A stretch of 61,551 nt of DNA, taken from positions 8,227-69,777 of the forward strand of contig PLMS01000114.1 of NCBI GenBank assembly GCA_003142575.1, read 5' to 3'. Below the pieces are notes generated by a model. It searched no databases and was not told the DNA's origin. It saw only the letters and a program-made list of their open reading frames with translations. Position 1 is the stretch's first letter. Every line of letters starts with the position of its first letter. The translations under genes were made by a program, and so were the position numbers. Source of the stretch: Ignavibacteriota bacterium (lineage in GTDB: Bacteria; Bacteroidota; Ignavibacteria; UBA10030). Below are positions 1 to 10,342 of the stretch, piece by piece.

Positions 1-1003
1 AAGATGTATCGCCTTTCACTTCAGCAGTAACTGTAACCAAACCCCCAATAGGTGGATTTCCACCACCACTCGTTAAGGTAGCACTAGCCATACCGTTGCT
101 TGTAAATGCATTATTAGTTATCCCGCCTCCATTTGTAACAAAACTTACTGGAGTTCCATCATCGACAGGATTTCCAAATTGATCATTTACAGTCATCGTT
201 ATCTTTGTGCTTAAACCATCATAAACACGGCCAGCAATATTGAACTTTGAGGCAGCAATAGAAACATGATTACCATCAGGTAATCCAGTGCCTTCGGTTA
301 AACTCGCTGTTGCAGTAATTTTATGAATCGGATCAATCACCTGTGCAGTCACAAGAATGGCATTGGGTTTTGTGCCGCTAAAAACTATTGTTGAAACTTG
401 CCCAGTCAATGGATCGGTTTGACCAGTATCCGGTTTAATGTATTCCCCACTCGGATTTGATACACTGATCGAGAATTTTACTTTACATCTATTTGTACCT
501 GTAACAGGACGATTTAAAGAATCCACAACTAAAAATGTTAAAGTGCAAGACTGATTAATACCGCCTTTCAGCAGAATTGATTTTGTTGTTTGATTCATTA
601 ATCCAATGCTTGCTGCTCGTCCTGAATTACCACTAATAATTTTACTTGAATCCACTATTTTCATATGGATATTAACACCTGTTTTGTTGTCGCTTGGTGT
701 CAAGCTTACTTTTTGTGTATCAGATGAATAGCCTGGCAAAATTGCATATACAGATGTATTATAATTGTCGCTTAATTCCATCGTAAGTGTATAGGAACCA
801 TCTGTTTTTGATGTATCAACTTGTGCTAGAGATCCTATATCGATAACGCGAGCAAATACAAGAGGATTATTCCCCGCATCAAGCACTGTTCCGCTTATGG
901 AAGAGGCCTTCGTTGTAGTCGGTTCTGTGGGATTTTCTTTACATCCTGCAACCATCAGTACTATAACAATATACACCTTAAGTAAATTGGCACGAAAACT
1001 CAT
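1..1003 (-). CDS. Lipoprotein with carboxypeptidase-regulatory-like and bacterial Ig-like repeats (3' end cut by window edge)
   Basis: Not in the ORF track because no stop lies in the window. My own translation from ATG at 1003 (GAGGAG upstream) gives MSFRANLLKVYIVIVLMVAGCKENPTEP, a signal peptide plus lipobox Cys. It continues with ISGTVLDAGNNPL and repeated Big-like segments. The frame stays open to position 1. Confidence 0.6.
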   Translation of the reverse strand, partial: MSFRANLLKVYIVIVLMVAGCKENPTEPTTTKASSISGTVLDAGNNPLVFARVIDIGSLAQVDTSKTDGSYTLTMELSDNYNTSVYAILPGYSSDTQKVSLTPSDNKTGVNIHMKIVDSSKIISGNSGRAASIGLMNQTTKSILLKGGINQSCTLTFLVVDSLNRPVTGTNRCKVKFSISVSNPSGEYIKPDTGQTDPLTGQVSTIVFSGTKPNAILVTAQVIDPIHKITATASLTEGTGLPDGNHVSIAASKFNIAGRVYDGLSTKITMTVNDQFGNPVDDGTPVSFVTNGGGITNNAFTSNGMASATLTSGGGNPPIGGLVTVTAEVKGDTS

Positions 1004-1055
1004 AACATACTCCTCAGGAAAGGATCCCTGTTTTATGAAAAATCAATTGTTGACC

Positions 1056-2408
1056 TTATTTCTCTGTTCTGCGTTTGATGAGGTCTTTGTCCATCTCTTC
1101 CGTTGTTCTTTTGATGATATCTTTTCCTGTCTGTGGTTTTATCGCACGGTCTTCCAACGATGGAAGTATTTCTGCTTTGAGAAGAACAATAAGTTCCCGT
1201 TTCACAATGTTTTTATTATCATACCCAAAGAGGTAGCGGAGCCCAAATACCCACCACGGCAAATCTTTTAGAAAAGGTACTCCCTGTCGAACGATTGTTT
1301 CCGAATTGGAATACATCCCACCGATATAACTTTCCTCACCGTTCAGGAGTGTCAAAGAACCTGATGTAGAAGTCTTATGAATAATAGTTGTCACTGTGCT
1401 CGCTTCAAAAGTACTTTTTTCAACTTTATATTGGATATCTATAAATTCCATTTCGCCAACTTTGAAAATTCTCGGTTTAATGTTAAGAATTGTTCCCGTT
1501 GGATAAAAATGTTGGACTGTGTTTCCAGAAAAATCTTTCTCTAACACAGAAAAATCATCTCCAACTTGAAGCATGCTGCTTAAACCTGAACGGACTGGAA
1601 TCTTAGAATTTGAAATCACTTCACCAATCTGATCGGCTTCAAACATCTCGAGTGCTGCGTGGATATCCACTCCAAGGTTATTACCTGTTGGATCTATAGT
1701 TGCACTCGCGAATTCATTTCCGAGCCTACTGGTCGTAGCTGCTGAAGATGCGCCTGTAGCTGCGGTTGTAGCCAATGGATTAGTTGCACCAAAAATATTC
1801 ATTCCGAGATTCAAATTACTTCCGCGGAAAATAGAGAAATTCATCCCCTCCTCTAACAACTTTGTTCTATTCAAATCAAAGAACACACACGAGATGGAAA
1901 TATCGCGCACTTTGGAAAAATACTCGCTGGAGTCGACAACCACGGCAACCTGCGGAGGCATAATCGTAGGGACAGTGCTTGATGATGGTGTTCGGGAAAT
2001 ATCTCTAGAAGGATTCTGCGCTTGTTCACCTTGCTTTTTTCCGATTTCTTCGAATGAAGCAATTTCCATATACTCCGGATAGTCTATATACCACAGTTGA
2101 TTACTCCTGAGAATAAGTTCTAATGCATCCTTCCAGTACATCGATTCAATGTTAATCCCGATGGTTTTATCTTTCCCTTGCAAGGGTGATCGGTCAATAA
2201 CCAATCTTCCATCGAGTTTTTTACTCAATTCTCCGAGCGCTTGTATCGCTTTTGTATATGGGACATCGGACTTAAATGAAACCAGTGCGTCCTGATCGAC
2301 AATTTTCCCCTTTGCTTTGCGTTCAATCGATTGTTCAGTCTGTGCTTCCACAAGTTGCGCAATCGCGGCGATAATCAGAAAAAGAAATAATAAAGAGCGT
2401 ACTCTCAT
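1056..2408 (-). CDS. Secretin-family outer-membrane channel (PilQ/GspD-like)
   Basis: N-terminal signal peptide MRVRSLLFLFLIIAAIAQLVEA. C-terminal secretin signature GVPFLKDLPWWVFGLRYLFG...RELIVLLKAEIL. Same operon as the PilM/N/O-like and PilT-like genes. Confidence 0.8.
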   Translation of the reverse strand: MRVRSLLFLFLIIAAIAQLVEAQTEQSIERKAKGKIVDQDALVSFKSDVPYTKAIQALGELSKKLDGRLVIDRSPLQGKDKTIGINIESMYWKDALELILRSNQLWYIDYPEYMEIASFEEIGKKQGEQAQNPSRDISRTPSSSTVPTIMPPQVAVVVDSSEYFSKVRDISISCVFFDLNRTKLLEEGMNFSIFRGSNLNLGMNIFGATNPLATTAATGASSAATTSRLGNEFASATIDPTGNNLGVDIHAALEMFEADQIGEVISNSKIPVRSGLSSMLQVGDDFSVLEKDFSGNTVQHFYPTGTILNIKPRIFKVGEMEFIDIQYKVEKSTFEASTVTTIIHKTSTSGSLTLLNGEESYIGGMYSNSETIVRQGVPFLKDLPWWVFGLRYLFGYDNKNIVKRELIVLLKAEILPSLEDRAIKPQTGKDIIKRTTEEMDKDLIKRRTEK

Positions 2409-2410
2409 AG

Positions 2411-3301
2411 TTACCTCGTTTGTTTATCAAACATTATTTTCTTTGTCAGTTTTCGTACAACTCCACCTTCATCTAGAGTAAACTCCACAGCGCTTTCCGC
2501 TGGATTGACACGTGTCATATTTCCACGCCACACCTTATCGCCAAGATGCAAAACGATAAGCGCATTATTTGCAAGCACAAATGCTTTTCCCGGCAGGACT
2601 GCTTTCACCTCCAATTTATCTGCATCCACTTCACCAATAGGAGCCTCCGTAGAGAGAGTTTGAGTAATCATGTTCCGGAAAGGATCGTATGGAGATACAA
2701 TCATCGTCAGAGACTTAGCTGCTAATGATGTGCCAAGTTCAGGAATGCTTCGAACAAAAAATGCGTGAATTTCCATATCAAATGCAATCCACTTTGTGAC
2801 ATCTTTTGTATCAGGATCGATTGCTTCTTTTTGTTCCAGCTTCATCGAAGAAATTTTATACAATCGTTGTCCGTTTTCGAGAAAGTACACAAACTTAAAA
2901 AGATTCTCGAATTGTGCCTCGCCAAGATCTAACTTATAGGCGTTGTACCCCCAGCTTATTTTTTCACTTGTTCCTAAAAATTTCATATCGAACTTCAAGA
3001 ACCCTGCTTCATCGATGCCGCGGCTCATATACTCATAGGTTTGTGAAGAAATGTCAAACTGAGGTATCTCCTTACTTCGAGAATCGTATCGCCGCTTTAC
3101 ATCCTGATACTGCGTTGTTAAACGTTGAACCTCATCCGTCAACCCCGGCAGGTCCTCCAACTCCTTGTTGATTGCTTGGACTTCTTTATCGATTTTTTTT
3201 AACTGACGTGGCTGCCACCACCCCCACCACCCCCCTCCTACTACTACAAAAACAAGAAAGACAGCAAAAAGAATAAGTGTATTTCTAAGTTTATTAGTCA
3301 C
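2411..3301 (-). CDS. PilO/PilP-like pilus assembly membrane protein
   Basis: One N-terminal TM (LILFAVFLVFVVVGGGWWGWW), then a coiled coil and a beta-rich C-terminus. Lies between the PilM/N-like gene and the secretin. The call rests on position and architecture only. Confidence 0.4.
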   Translation of the reverse strand: MTNKLRNTLILFAVFLVFVVVGGGWWGWWQPRQLKKIDKEVQAINKELEDLPGLTDEVQRLTTQYQDVKRRYDSRSKEIPQFDISSQTYEYMSRGIDEAGFLKFDMKFLGTSEKISWGYNAYKLDLGEAQFENLFKFVYFLENGQRLYKISSMKLEQKEAIDPDTKDVTKWIAFDMEIHAFFVRSIPELGTSLAAKSLTMIVSPYDPFRNMITQTLSTEAPIGEVDADKLEVKAVLPGKAFVLANNALIVLHLGDKVWRGNMTRVNPAESAVEFTLDEGGVVRKLTKKIMFDKQTR

Positions 3302-3316
3302 GGTTCTCTCGCCCCC

Positions 3317-4924
3317 TTATCTTGCACCAAAATTGGGTTCGGGAATATCATATTTATCAACCTTTTCAATAACAATGTCAAATTCATATAATATTTTTTT
3401 GCGTATTGTGATGGTGCGTACCTCCCTTAATGTCGCTGTTTCAAAGATGCTTGCAATGCGCGGTATGCGTGCGCGATAGATGGACCTACCCGAGATAATG
3501 ATATTCTGCGAATTTCTGTCATCAGGTCTCAGACTGTAAATCCACAGGGAATTCAGATCCTCTATACTATTTGCAAGATAATGTAGAATTCGGCTCCACC
3601 GATCACTCCCCGGAGCGATAGAATCGTAGACAGTGGTTGCATGACTATAGCGGTTAATATCCTCAGTCAATGCCGATCTTCGCTGACGGAAAACGTCCAG
3701 TTCACCCAATTTCTGCCGCTTTTGCACAAGATCCCCTTTAGCTCGTCTGATTTCAGCTTCACGTCCTGTAATCAGAACAACGAAGAATGGAATCACTAAG
3801 GATATAAGAAGAGCCACTGCCCAGCCAGGCAAACCCAGCGCTAATGTTCGTTGGCCTTCCAGAACAAAATGCGGAACGAGGTTGATATTATAAAAACCGG
3901 GAAGGGTGGGTTGAAGCGTGCGCCATGCTGTCATAATCGGAATAACATATTCTGACACTGCCTCACCAATAGAGCTCTCGAATTCACCAATATCGAGAGT
4001 AGGGGCTTTCATATATTCCACAAGAGCGCTTGAGAATTGCGGAGCGATTGCTTCTAACAAATTCACTTTATGGCTTTCACCAGCCAGTAAAATTCGATCG
4101 ATGCGCGTCAATGCAATATTATCTTGCTCGAGTAGAATGCGACTGTAGATAGTGTTCTCAATATTGGGCGATTCATATCCTTCACTAATAATAGGGGCAA
4201 AGTGAAGATAGTTTTGACCCTGCATAAAAATCAAACGGCTAAAATCATGACCTACATAGACAAGCACGGAAACTTCTTCTTCTTGAGGTTCATATTGGGT
4301 CCGCACCATTTCCATCAATACTGTATCTGCACTGTCTATGAGCTTTATATTAGGAACACGCCCACCCATAAACGGCTTAACTTCCATCAGGAGATCATAA
4401 ATGTGCATACCATCTTCACGGATGATTGAGAGTAAGCCGCCTGACGCTGTTGGGACAACATCTATCGCATCTATCGCTGGAGCAGAGGCACGCATCATTG
4501 AAAGTTCTTGAGAGATCTTTTTCTTAAGCTTATCTCCTTTTAACCCAAAGTCTCCCTCAAACTCTTGATAGGTCACAGCCGGTTCAGAGATAGCATAGGA
4601 AAGTAAATATTTCCTTGGAGAGCCAACTTCGTTTTCGCTTAATAGGCCAAGCAATACAGATGCATTGGTATTGCCTTCTTCACTTGGAGATTCAAGCGCC
4701 CCGGCAGACGAGAAAGAATCTCCCGACGAAATATCGCTAAATGATGGGCCTTCGCCAGCTGCCGCACTGGCTTGCTTTTCTTCAAATTTTCGCACCAAAG
4801 CAACGGTTTTAAAATCTCTCAGCGTTACCTTATTTCCTTTGGCAGAAAGGCGTACGAACTTAAGTTCTAGTCCGTCCACAAATAAGGCAACCGCTGTTTT
4901 TCCTTCTCCTGCTTTAATAGGCAT
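3317..4924 (-). CDS. PilM-PilN-like fusion (actin-like ATPase domain + TM/coiled-coil)
   Basis: 535 aa. The N-terminal part resembles the PilM actin-like fold (VLVYVGHDFSRLIFMQG). Internal TM LPGWAVALLISLVIPFFVVLITG followed by a coiled coil, as in PilN. Operon context supports the call. Confidence 0.5.
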   Translation of the reverse strand: MPIKAGEGKTAVALFVDGLELKFVRLSAKGNKVTLRDFKTVALVRKFEEKQASAAAGEGPSFSDISSGDSFSSAGALESPSEEGNTNASVLLGLLSENEVGSPRKYLLSYAISEPAVTYQEFEGDFGLKGDKLKKKISQELSMMRASAPAIDAIDVVPTASGGLLSIIREDGMHIYDLLMEVKPFMGGRVPNIKLIDSADTVLMEMVRTQYEPQEEEVSVLVYVGHDFSRLIFMQGQNYLHFAPIISEGYESPNIENTIYSRILLEQDNIALTRIDRILLAGESHKVNLLEAIAPQFSSALVEYMKAPTLDIGEFESSIGEAVSEYVIPIMTAWRTLQPTLPGFYNINLVPHFVLEGQRTLALGLPGWAVALLISLVIPFFVVLITGREAEIRRAKGDLVQKRQKLGELDVFRQRRSALTEDINRYSHATTVYDSIAPGSDRWSRILHYLANSIEDLNSLWIYSLRPDDRNSQNIIISGRSIYRARIPRIASIFETATLREVRTITIRKKILYEFDIVIEKVDKYDIPEPNFGAR

Positions 4925-4979
4925 GAGTTGGTATTTCCTCGCTCGTTAATATTTAGAAAATTGTCATAGGCTACGAGAC

Positions 4980-6347
4980 CTATGGCCCAGTAGCACCTAC
5001 ACGACTAGAACTTAATTCTGTTGTTTGTAATTGTAAAAGTTGTTGAAGACGCCGTTTGTTATTCGCAAAGTTCATAGCGTTTTCCATCGAAATCTTCTTC
5101 TGCAAGTACAGGCGTTTTAAGTCTTGTTCCATGGTGATCATACCAAGTTCTGTGCCTTCTGCGATCATTTGATAGATCTCGCTTACATTATTATTCTTGA
5201 TGGCGGCATACACCGAGGGAGTTCCAAGCATCACTTCCTTCGCGAGTACACGTTTACCATCTAAACTGGGAATAAGTTTTTGCGAAATAACACATCGGAG
5301 CGTCTCTGCTAAACGATTCCGTACCCGTTCTTGTTCAATAGGCGGCGTCTCGCCGATGATACGGTCGATACTCTCAACTGCCGATGCCGTATGCAGCGTA
5401 GAAAAGACTTTGTGACCGGAATCTGTAATTTCCAATGCTGCTAAAATTGTGTCAGCATCTCGCAATTCACCAACCATAATAATATCTGGGTCTTGTCGTA
5501 ATGCCTGCACTGCACCATCTCTAAAGGAAAGCACATCTCTTCCAACTTCTCTATGCCTGATGATGCATTTATCTGATTTATGAACAAATTCAATAGGTGA
5601 AGCAATAATAACAACATGTCCTTCTACACTATGATTGTTGGCATCGATAATGGAATCCAGCGTGCAACTCTTCCCCGATCCGGTTATACCTGTGACGAGA
5701 CAGAGCCCCTCCTTCGTATGTGCCAGACTGAGCACTTTTGTGACATTTGAGTGCAACTCCAGTCCTTTATAGGGACGAAGTGTATTATTGATTGCGCGCA
5801 TATTCAGCGCAAGCTGATCCAAGTCAAAATATACGTCCGCACGGAACCTTCTGAAATCTGAACTTTCCATATAAAGCATATGAGAGAAGTCAAGATTTCT
5901 GTTCTCAAATAGAAATGCTCTTTGCCGTTCTCCAACAATGCTTTGGATAAGAACATTAATTTCGTCCTGTGAATATTTTCCAAGCGATGGATCTGATCTT
6001 TTTGAACCATACACTCGATACCAGATATAGCCTTGCGAACCATATCCTCCCATATCAATATCAGAAGCGTTGATCGTAAACATACGAGTGAGAAAATGAT
6101 TCACCAGAGCCAACAGCTTCATTTTCGTTGTTTCATCAGTCCGCGTCATGATATCACTAATCATCATCTGCCGCTCAAGTCCCGTAACTGTCTTTGGGAA
6201 TTGAGATGCCATCTCTTTCAGGATTTTTTGTGCCTCGGTAACGACCGGCGGCAAGTCTGATGATACAGCAACAACGGATGGTATATTTGGAGATGGAATT
6301 TTGACTTGTGCTGCCATGTAATTGAATTCTCTTATGTAACTTGACAA
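4980..6347 (-). CDS. PilT/GspE-family secretion ATPase with N-terminal extension
   Basis: Walker A GITGSGKS, Asp box DIIMVGELRD, His box FSTLHTASAVESIDRI. First gene of the pilus-like operon. Confidence 0.85.
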   Translation of the reverse strand: MSSYIREFNYMAAQVKIPSPNIPSVVAVSSDLPPVVTEAQKILKEMASQFPKTVTGLERQMMISDIMTRTDETTKMKLLALVNHFLTRMFTINASDIDMGGYGSQGYIWYRVYGSKRSDPSLGKYSQDEINVLIQSIVGERQRAFLFENRNLDFSHMLYMESSDFRRFRADVYFDLDQLALNMRAINNTLRPYKGLELHSNVTKVLSLAHTKEGLCLVTGITGSGKSCTLDSIIDANNHSVEGHVVIIASPIEFVHKSDKCIIRHREVGRDVLSFRDGAVQALRQDPDIIMVGELRDADTILAALEITDSGHKVFSTLHTASAVESIDRIIGETPPIEQERVRNRLAETLRCVISQKLIPSLDGKRVLAKEVMLGTPSVYAAIKNNNVSEIYQMIAEGTELGMITMEQDLKRLYLQKKISMENAMNFANNKRRLQQLLQLQTTELSSSRVGATGP

Positions 6348-6538
6348 CTAAAGTTCAAAGTTTTTTCAGTATCTCTCATTTCCATGGTCGGTTAGATAAT
6401 AAGGAACTCCAATTAAAAAAGCAAATGATGAAAAGGATTTTTTTCAGTGTCTGTAATAGCTCATTAAGAATGTCCGGTTTGCGTATGTTAGAAGTCCTCA
6501 AAAGAGAAAGGGCTTCTGGAATGGGACAAACCATAACA

Positions 6539-6960
6539 ATGAGCATGAAAGAGATGGAAACCGATTGAAAATGACAGTACGGATCAAAGAAGGCAAAATC
6601 ACCGTGTTAGACGCAGCCGAGAGCATACATCTCAGCGAGCGGCAGATGTATCGTGTGTTAACCCGCTACCGAACACAGGCAGAAGTGTGGACTGGTGCAT
6701 CGACTCCGCGGGGCACGAGTTCTCATCGAGGATATTCGAAAGAGACGCGGAAGGTCTATAATGACTATACCATTACTCTGCACAGTCAGTTTATTCAGTT
6801 TCTTCGCTCAGAAGTACCTCTGCCACCTCCGTGCCCTACGCTGCTCCTGCGGCAGTGGCTCGATGGCTCTTTGCATATATTCTGGAATGAACATGAATTG
6901 GACTTTCAAGTATGTGCTTCTCGCCCACATCCAAAGAGTCAACCCTTAGTTTCTCCTGTG
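6539..6960 (+). pseudogene. Decayed ISNCY-type transposase remnant (HTH N-terminus joined to C-terminal tail, catalytic core missing)
   Basis: MSMKEMETD is followed by a stop and frame change, then KMTVRIKEGKITVLDAAESIHLSERQMYRVLTRYR (typical IS HTH). LVHRLRG appears only in another frame (ORF 6695..6949). The tail LRQWLDGSLHIFWNEHELDF resembles ISNCY C-termini. No DDE core is present. Confidence 0.5.
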
Positions 6961-7188
6961 ACAAACCATCCGTGGCGTAAAAAGTTTGTCGGTTGTAGTA
7001 TTGCTATGCGGCATAAAGAAAAAACTCTTGCGTTAAAACGAAAAGCGGTGTATTCTATGACAGCAGTGGGTTCAGAAAAAATAGGTAATCGAAGGAAAGA
7101 CTCCACTCGCTACGCTCGTTCCGTCTTTCCTTCGAGCGATACTTCACCCTGTCATTTCTATTGAGCTTCTACAACTCAATATGACTTA

Positions 7189-10100
7189 TTATTTTTTTAT
7201 ATTATAGTTTGGGTAGAGTTTTGCTGCACAGTCCGGACAAATGCTGTGGCTAAACTTCGCATCTGATCGGTCTTGGATATATGATTCGATTTGCGTCCAA
7301 TATCCTTGATCATCACGGATCTTCTTGCAACTCGCACAGATAGGAACCAATCCACTTAACAACTTAACGTCGGCAAGCGCATCTTGAAGTTCGGCGATAA
7401 GACGTTCACGTTCAACTTCTGCTTTTTTACGTTCAGTGATGTCGCGGCCAATACCAACCAGACCAATGGTTTGACCTTCTTCATCTCGTAATGGAATCTT
7501 TGAAGTGACCAGCCAACGTTTCTGGCCCTGTTCATCAATCACATATTCTTCTCTGTTGATCACCGGCTGTCCGGTTTGTATCACTGTTCGGTCGTCAGCA
7601 ACAAAACCTTCCGCTAATTCTTTCGGAAATAATTCAAAGTCGTCTTTGCCTAAAACTTCTGTTTCAGATCGGAGGCCTATATTATGGACATCGGCTAAGT
7701 TGGCGATGGTCTTGCGATAGGCGGTATCTTTTACATAAATTGCATCCGGAATGTTATCGATTAATGTACGTAGAAGATTGCGTTCCTTTGTAAGGGCTGT
7801 ATCCATCCGTCTTTGTGCTGCTAGATCTCTGGCTTGCACACGCCACTTGTAGACCCAGAAGACAACGCCTGCCATAACAGCAAGCAGTATGACTCTGAAC
7901 CAAAGAGTCTGCCACCAAGGAGGTGTTATCGTAATTCGTATAGCCGTTCCTTCTTCATTCCAGATGCCATCGTTGTTGGAAGCCTTCACCCGGAAAACGT
8001 ACTCTCCAGGATCTAAATTGGTATAGGTCGCGGTGTGTTTTGTACCAACATAATTCCATTCCTTTTCAAATCCCTCCATCTTATAAGCGTACTGATTTTT
8101 CTCGGGAAGCAGAAAATTCAAAGCAGAAAATTCAAACGTGATGACATCATTTGCATAAGAGAATTCTAAAGAGTCCGATAATCCAATTTGCTGTTGAAGA
8201 GGTGAACCGTGTTCACCAATGGGTACATCCTTGTTAAAAATCTTGAAATTAGTAAGAACGACCCTCGGTACCATGGAATTGTTTATAATTCTGTCCGGAT
8301 TGAATATGTTGAACCCGTTGTTGCCACCAAACAACATTTCGCCGCTTTTAGTTTTAAAGCAGGAGCCGACTCTGAATTCACCACCCTGAAGTCCATCGCT
8401 GATGTCGTAGTTGTGGAATTCCGGTTTAGGGGTAAGCTGAATCGCACCTTTAAATATCGATAGACCTTTAGCTGTTCCAATCCAAAGATTTCCTTGACCA
8501 TCTTCCAAAAGACTAACGATTTTATTGTCTGGAAGACCATCTTGTTGGGTGAAATGATCGAATGTCCGGTCTTTGGGTTTGAATCGATCTAAACCGTAAT
8601 TAGTTCCAACCCAGAGATTGTCTTTACTGTCGATATAGAGACTAAGAACATTTGAACTTTTAAGGCTTTTCGGATTATTCGGTTCGTTCTGATAATGGTC
8701 AACCGTGCGCTGGTTTGGGTCGATACAGTACAGATTGATACCATAACCACCAACCCAGAGCTTTCCCTCTTTGTCCTCAACCAATGCAGTCAAATTGGTC
8801 ATATTTAAATTTGATTTACAGATATCGGAAATCGAAGTAAATGTTCTTCCATCCGGATTCATCCGGACAAGCCCGTTATCCGTAGCGACCCACAAGTTCT
8901 TCTGGTGATCTTCGAATATTTTTCTGACATTATTATTAGGCAAACTTTTACTGTCTTGGGGATTGTGCAGGAAACGAGTGAATCTACCCGTGGACCGGTC
9001 AAACAGATTGAGACCGCCCAAATATGTCCCCACCCAAAGTCTGTCGCGGCTGTCTTCGAATATCGTCAGCACAGCATCGGATCCCAGACTGGCGGGATAT
9101 TTAGAGTTGCACCGGTAATTCGAAAACCGATTTGTTTTTCGATCCCAGTAATTCAGCCCGCCGCCGTCAGTACAGATCCACACGTTGCCCCAGCGATCTT
9201 CCATGCAACCAAGCACAATAGGACTATTTAATCCCTTTTTAGTACTTTCAACGTGTATGAATCTCTGAAGGTATGGACTCGAAAAGTTCACTCCGCCATT
9301 TTCCGTGCCTACCCATAATGTACCTTCTGCATCGTAATATACAGCTGGACAAGAGAAACTACTTATGCTGGCAGGGTTGTCGATATCGGGAATGTAGTGA
9401 GTGAAGCGTCCAGTCTTTGTATCGAAAACATTCAATCCGCCGTTTTCCGTGCCGATAAACAAATTTCCTTCGCCATCACCGGCGAGACCATAACCTCTAT
9501 TCACGCTGATGGAGTTGGGATTAGACTCATTGTGCTGGTATCGCGTAAAAATTTCAGTCTTGAGGTTTAGACGGTTCAAGCCGCCTCCAAGCGTTAAAAT
9601 CCAGATATTCCCCTCATTGTCTTTGTATAACTTGGAACAAGAGTTATTGCTCAAGCTGTGCGGATTCGATGGATCATTAATGTATCGCGTGATTTTTTTT
9701 GTTTTTTCATCAAGAGCATTTAATCCGCCTTGTGTGCCGATCCAGAGACGACCCAGATCATCCTCTGTAATATCCCAGATGAAATTATTGCTTATCGTAT
9801 TCGGATTAAGAGGGTCGTACCGGTAATGGACGAATGTCGATGTGGAAGGATTAAAACAATCTAACCCATTCTCTGTGCCAATCCAAAGCGCGCCTTCGCG
9901 GTCCTGGTAAATCCCGTGGATGCTATAATTGGGGCTAACAGGATTGTCAACGTTATTCTGGTAAACGATGAAACGATCCAATTTTCTATCGTACAGAGAT
10001 AGTCCATCAATGGTCCCAATCCAGAGGTTACCCTCATGATCCTCGAAGAGATTATTGATAATATTATTGGAAAGACTATGAGGATCGTTAGGGTCATTTT

Positions 10101-10317
10101 TATAAATGACAAACTTGTAGCCATCATAACGATTCAAGCCGTTGTATCCAGTACCAAACCACATAAATCCGTACCGATCCTTCAGGATGCACTGCACCTT
10201 ACTTTCAGAAAGACCATTTTCGACGGTCAAATGGTTAAATTTTATGTTATCCGCTTGGGCAAACAGATTGGTCGATAAGGTGAAGAGAATCAAGAATAAT
10301 TGAATAATATTTTTCAT
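7189..10317 (-). CDS. Periplasmic beta-propeller/Y_Y_Y sensor - TM - PAS - Cys-rich C-terminal module
   Basis: Signal peptide; many Reg_prop-like repeats (LWIGT..GL..); Y_Y_Y end YVFRVKASNNDGIWNEEG; TM PPWWQTLWFRVILLAVMAGVVFWVY; one PAS. Ends in LVPICASCKKIRDDQGYWTQIESYIQDRSDAKFSHSICPDCAAKLYP. No kinase domain. Confidence 0.8.
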   Translation of the reverse strand: MKNIIQLFLILFTLSTNLFAQADNIKFNHLTVENGLSESKVQCILKDRYGFMWFGTGYNGLNRYDGYKFVIYKNDPNDPHSLSNNIINNLFEDHEGNLWIGTIDGLSLYDRKLDRFIVYQNNVDNPVSPNYSIHGIYQDREGALWIGTENGLDCFNPSTSTFVHYRYDPLNPNTISNNFIWDITEDDLGRLWIGTQGGLNALDEKTKKITRYINDPSNPHSLSNNSCSKLYKDNEGNIWILTLGGGLNRLNLKTEIFTRYQHNESNPNSISVNRGYGLAGDGEGNLFIGTENGGLNVFDTKTGRFTHYIPDIDNPASISSFSCPAVYYDAEGTLWVGTENGGVNFSSPYLQRFIHVESTKKGLNSPIVLGCMEDRWGNVWICTDGGGLNYWDRKTNRFSNYRCNSKYPASLGSDAVLTIFEDSRDRLWVGTYLGGLNLFDRSTGRFTRFLHNPQDSKSLPNNNVRKIFEDHQKNLWVATDNGLVRMNPDGRTFTSISDICKSNLNMTNLTALVEDKEGKLWVGGYGINLYCIDPNQRTVDHYQNEPNNPKSLKSSNVLSLYIDSKDNLWVGTNYGLDRFKPKDRTFDHFTQQDGLPDNKIVSLLEDGQGNLWIGTAKGLSIFKGAIQLTPKPEFHNYDISDGLQGGEFRVGSCFKTKSGEMLFGGNNGFNIFNPDRIINNSMVPRVVLTNFKIFNKDVPIGEHGSPLQQQIGLSDSLEFSYANDVITFEFSALNFLLPEKNQYAYKMEGFEKEWNYVGTKHTATYTNLDPGEYVFRVKASNNDGIWNEEGTAIRITITPPWWQTLWFRVILLAVMAGVVFWVYKWRVQARDLAAQRRMDTALTKERNLLRTLIDNIPDAIYVKDTAYRKTIANLADVHNIGLRSETEVLGKDDFELFPKELAEGFVADDRTVIQTGQPVINREEYVIDEQGQKRWLVTSKIPLRDEEGQTIGLVGIGRDITERKKAEVERERLIAELQDALADVKLLSGLVPICASCKKIRDDQGYWTQIESYIQDRSDAKFSHSICPDCAAKLYPNYNIKK

Positions 10318-10342
10318 TTTTTCCCTTACGCCCAGGTTCGTT

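Noticed and set aside
897-1271. Plus-strand 124-aa ORF bridging the lipoprotein and secretin genes
   Set aside because: It overlaps the starts and ends of two well-supported minus-strand genes, and it has no RBS or motifs.
6565-7164. A functional 199-aa gene
   Set aside because: The HTH N-terminus and an ISNCY-like C-terminal tail are joined without any DDE core. Pieces of the same protein appear in other frames (6341..6568 and 6695..6949). I treat it as a decayed IS remnant.
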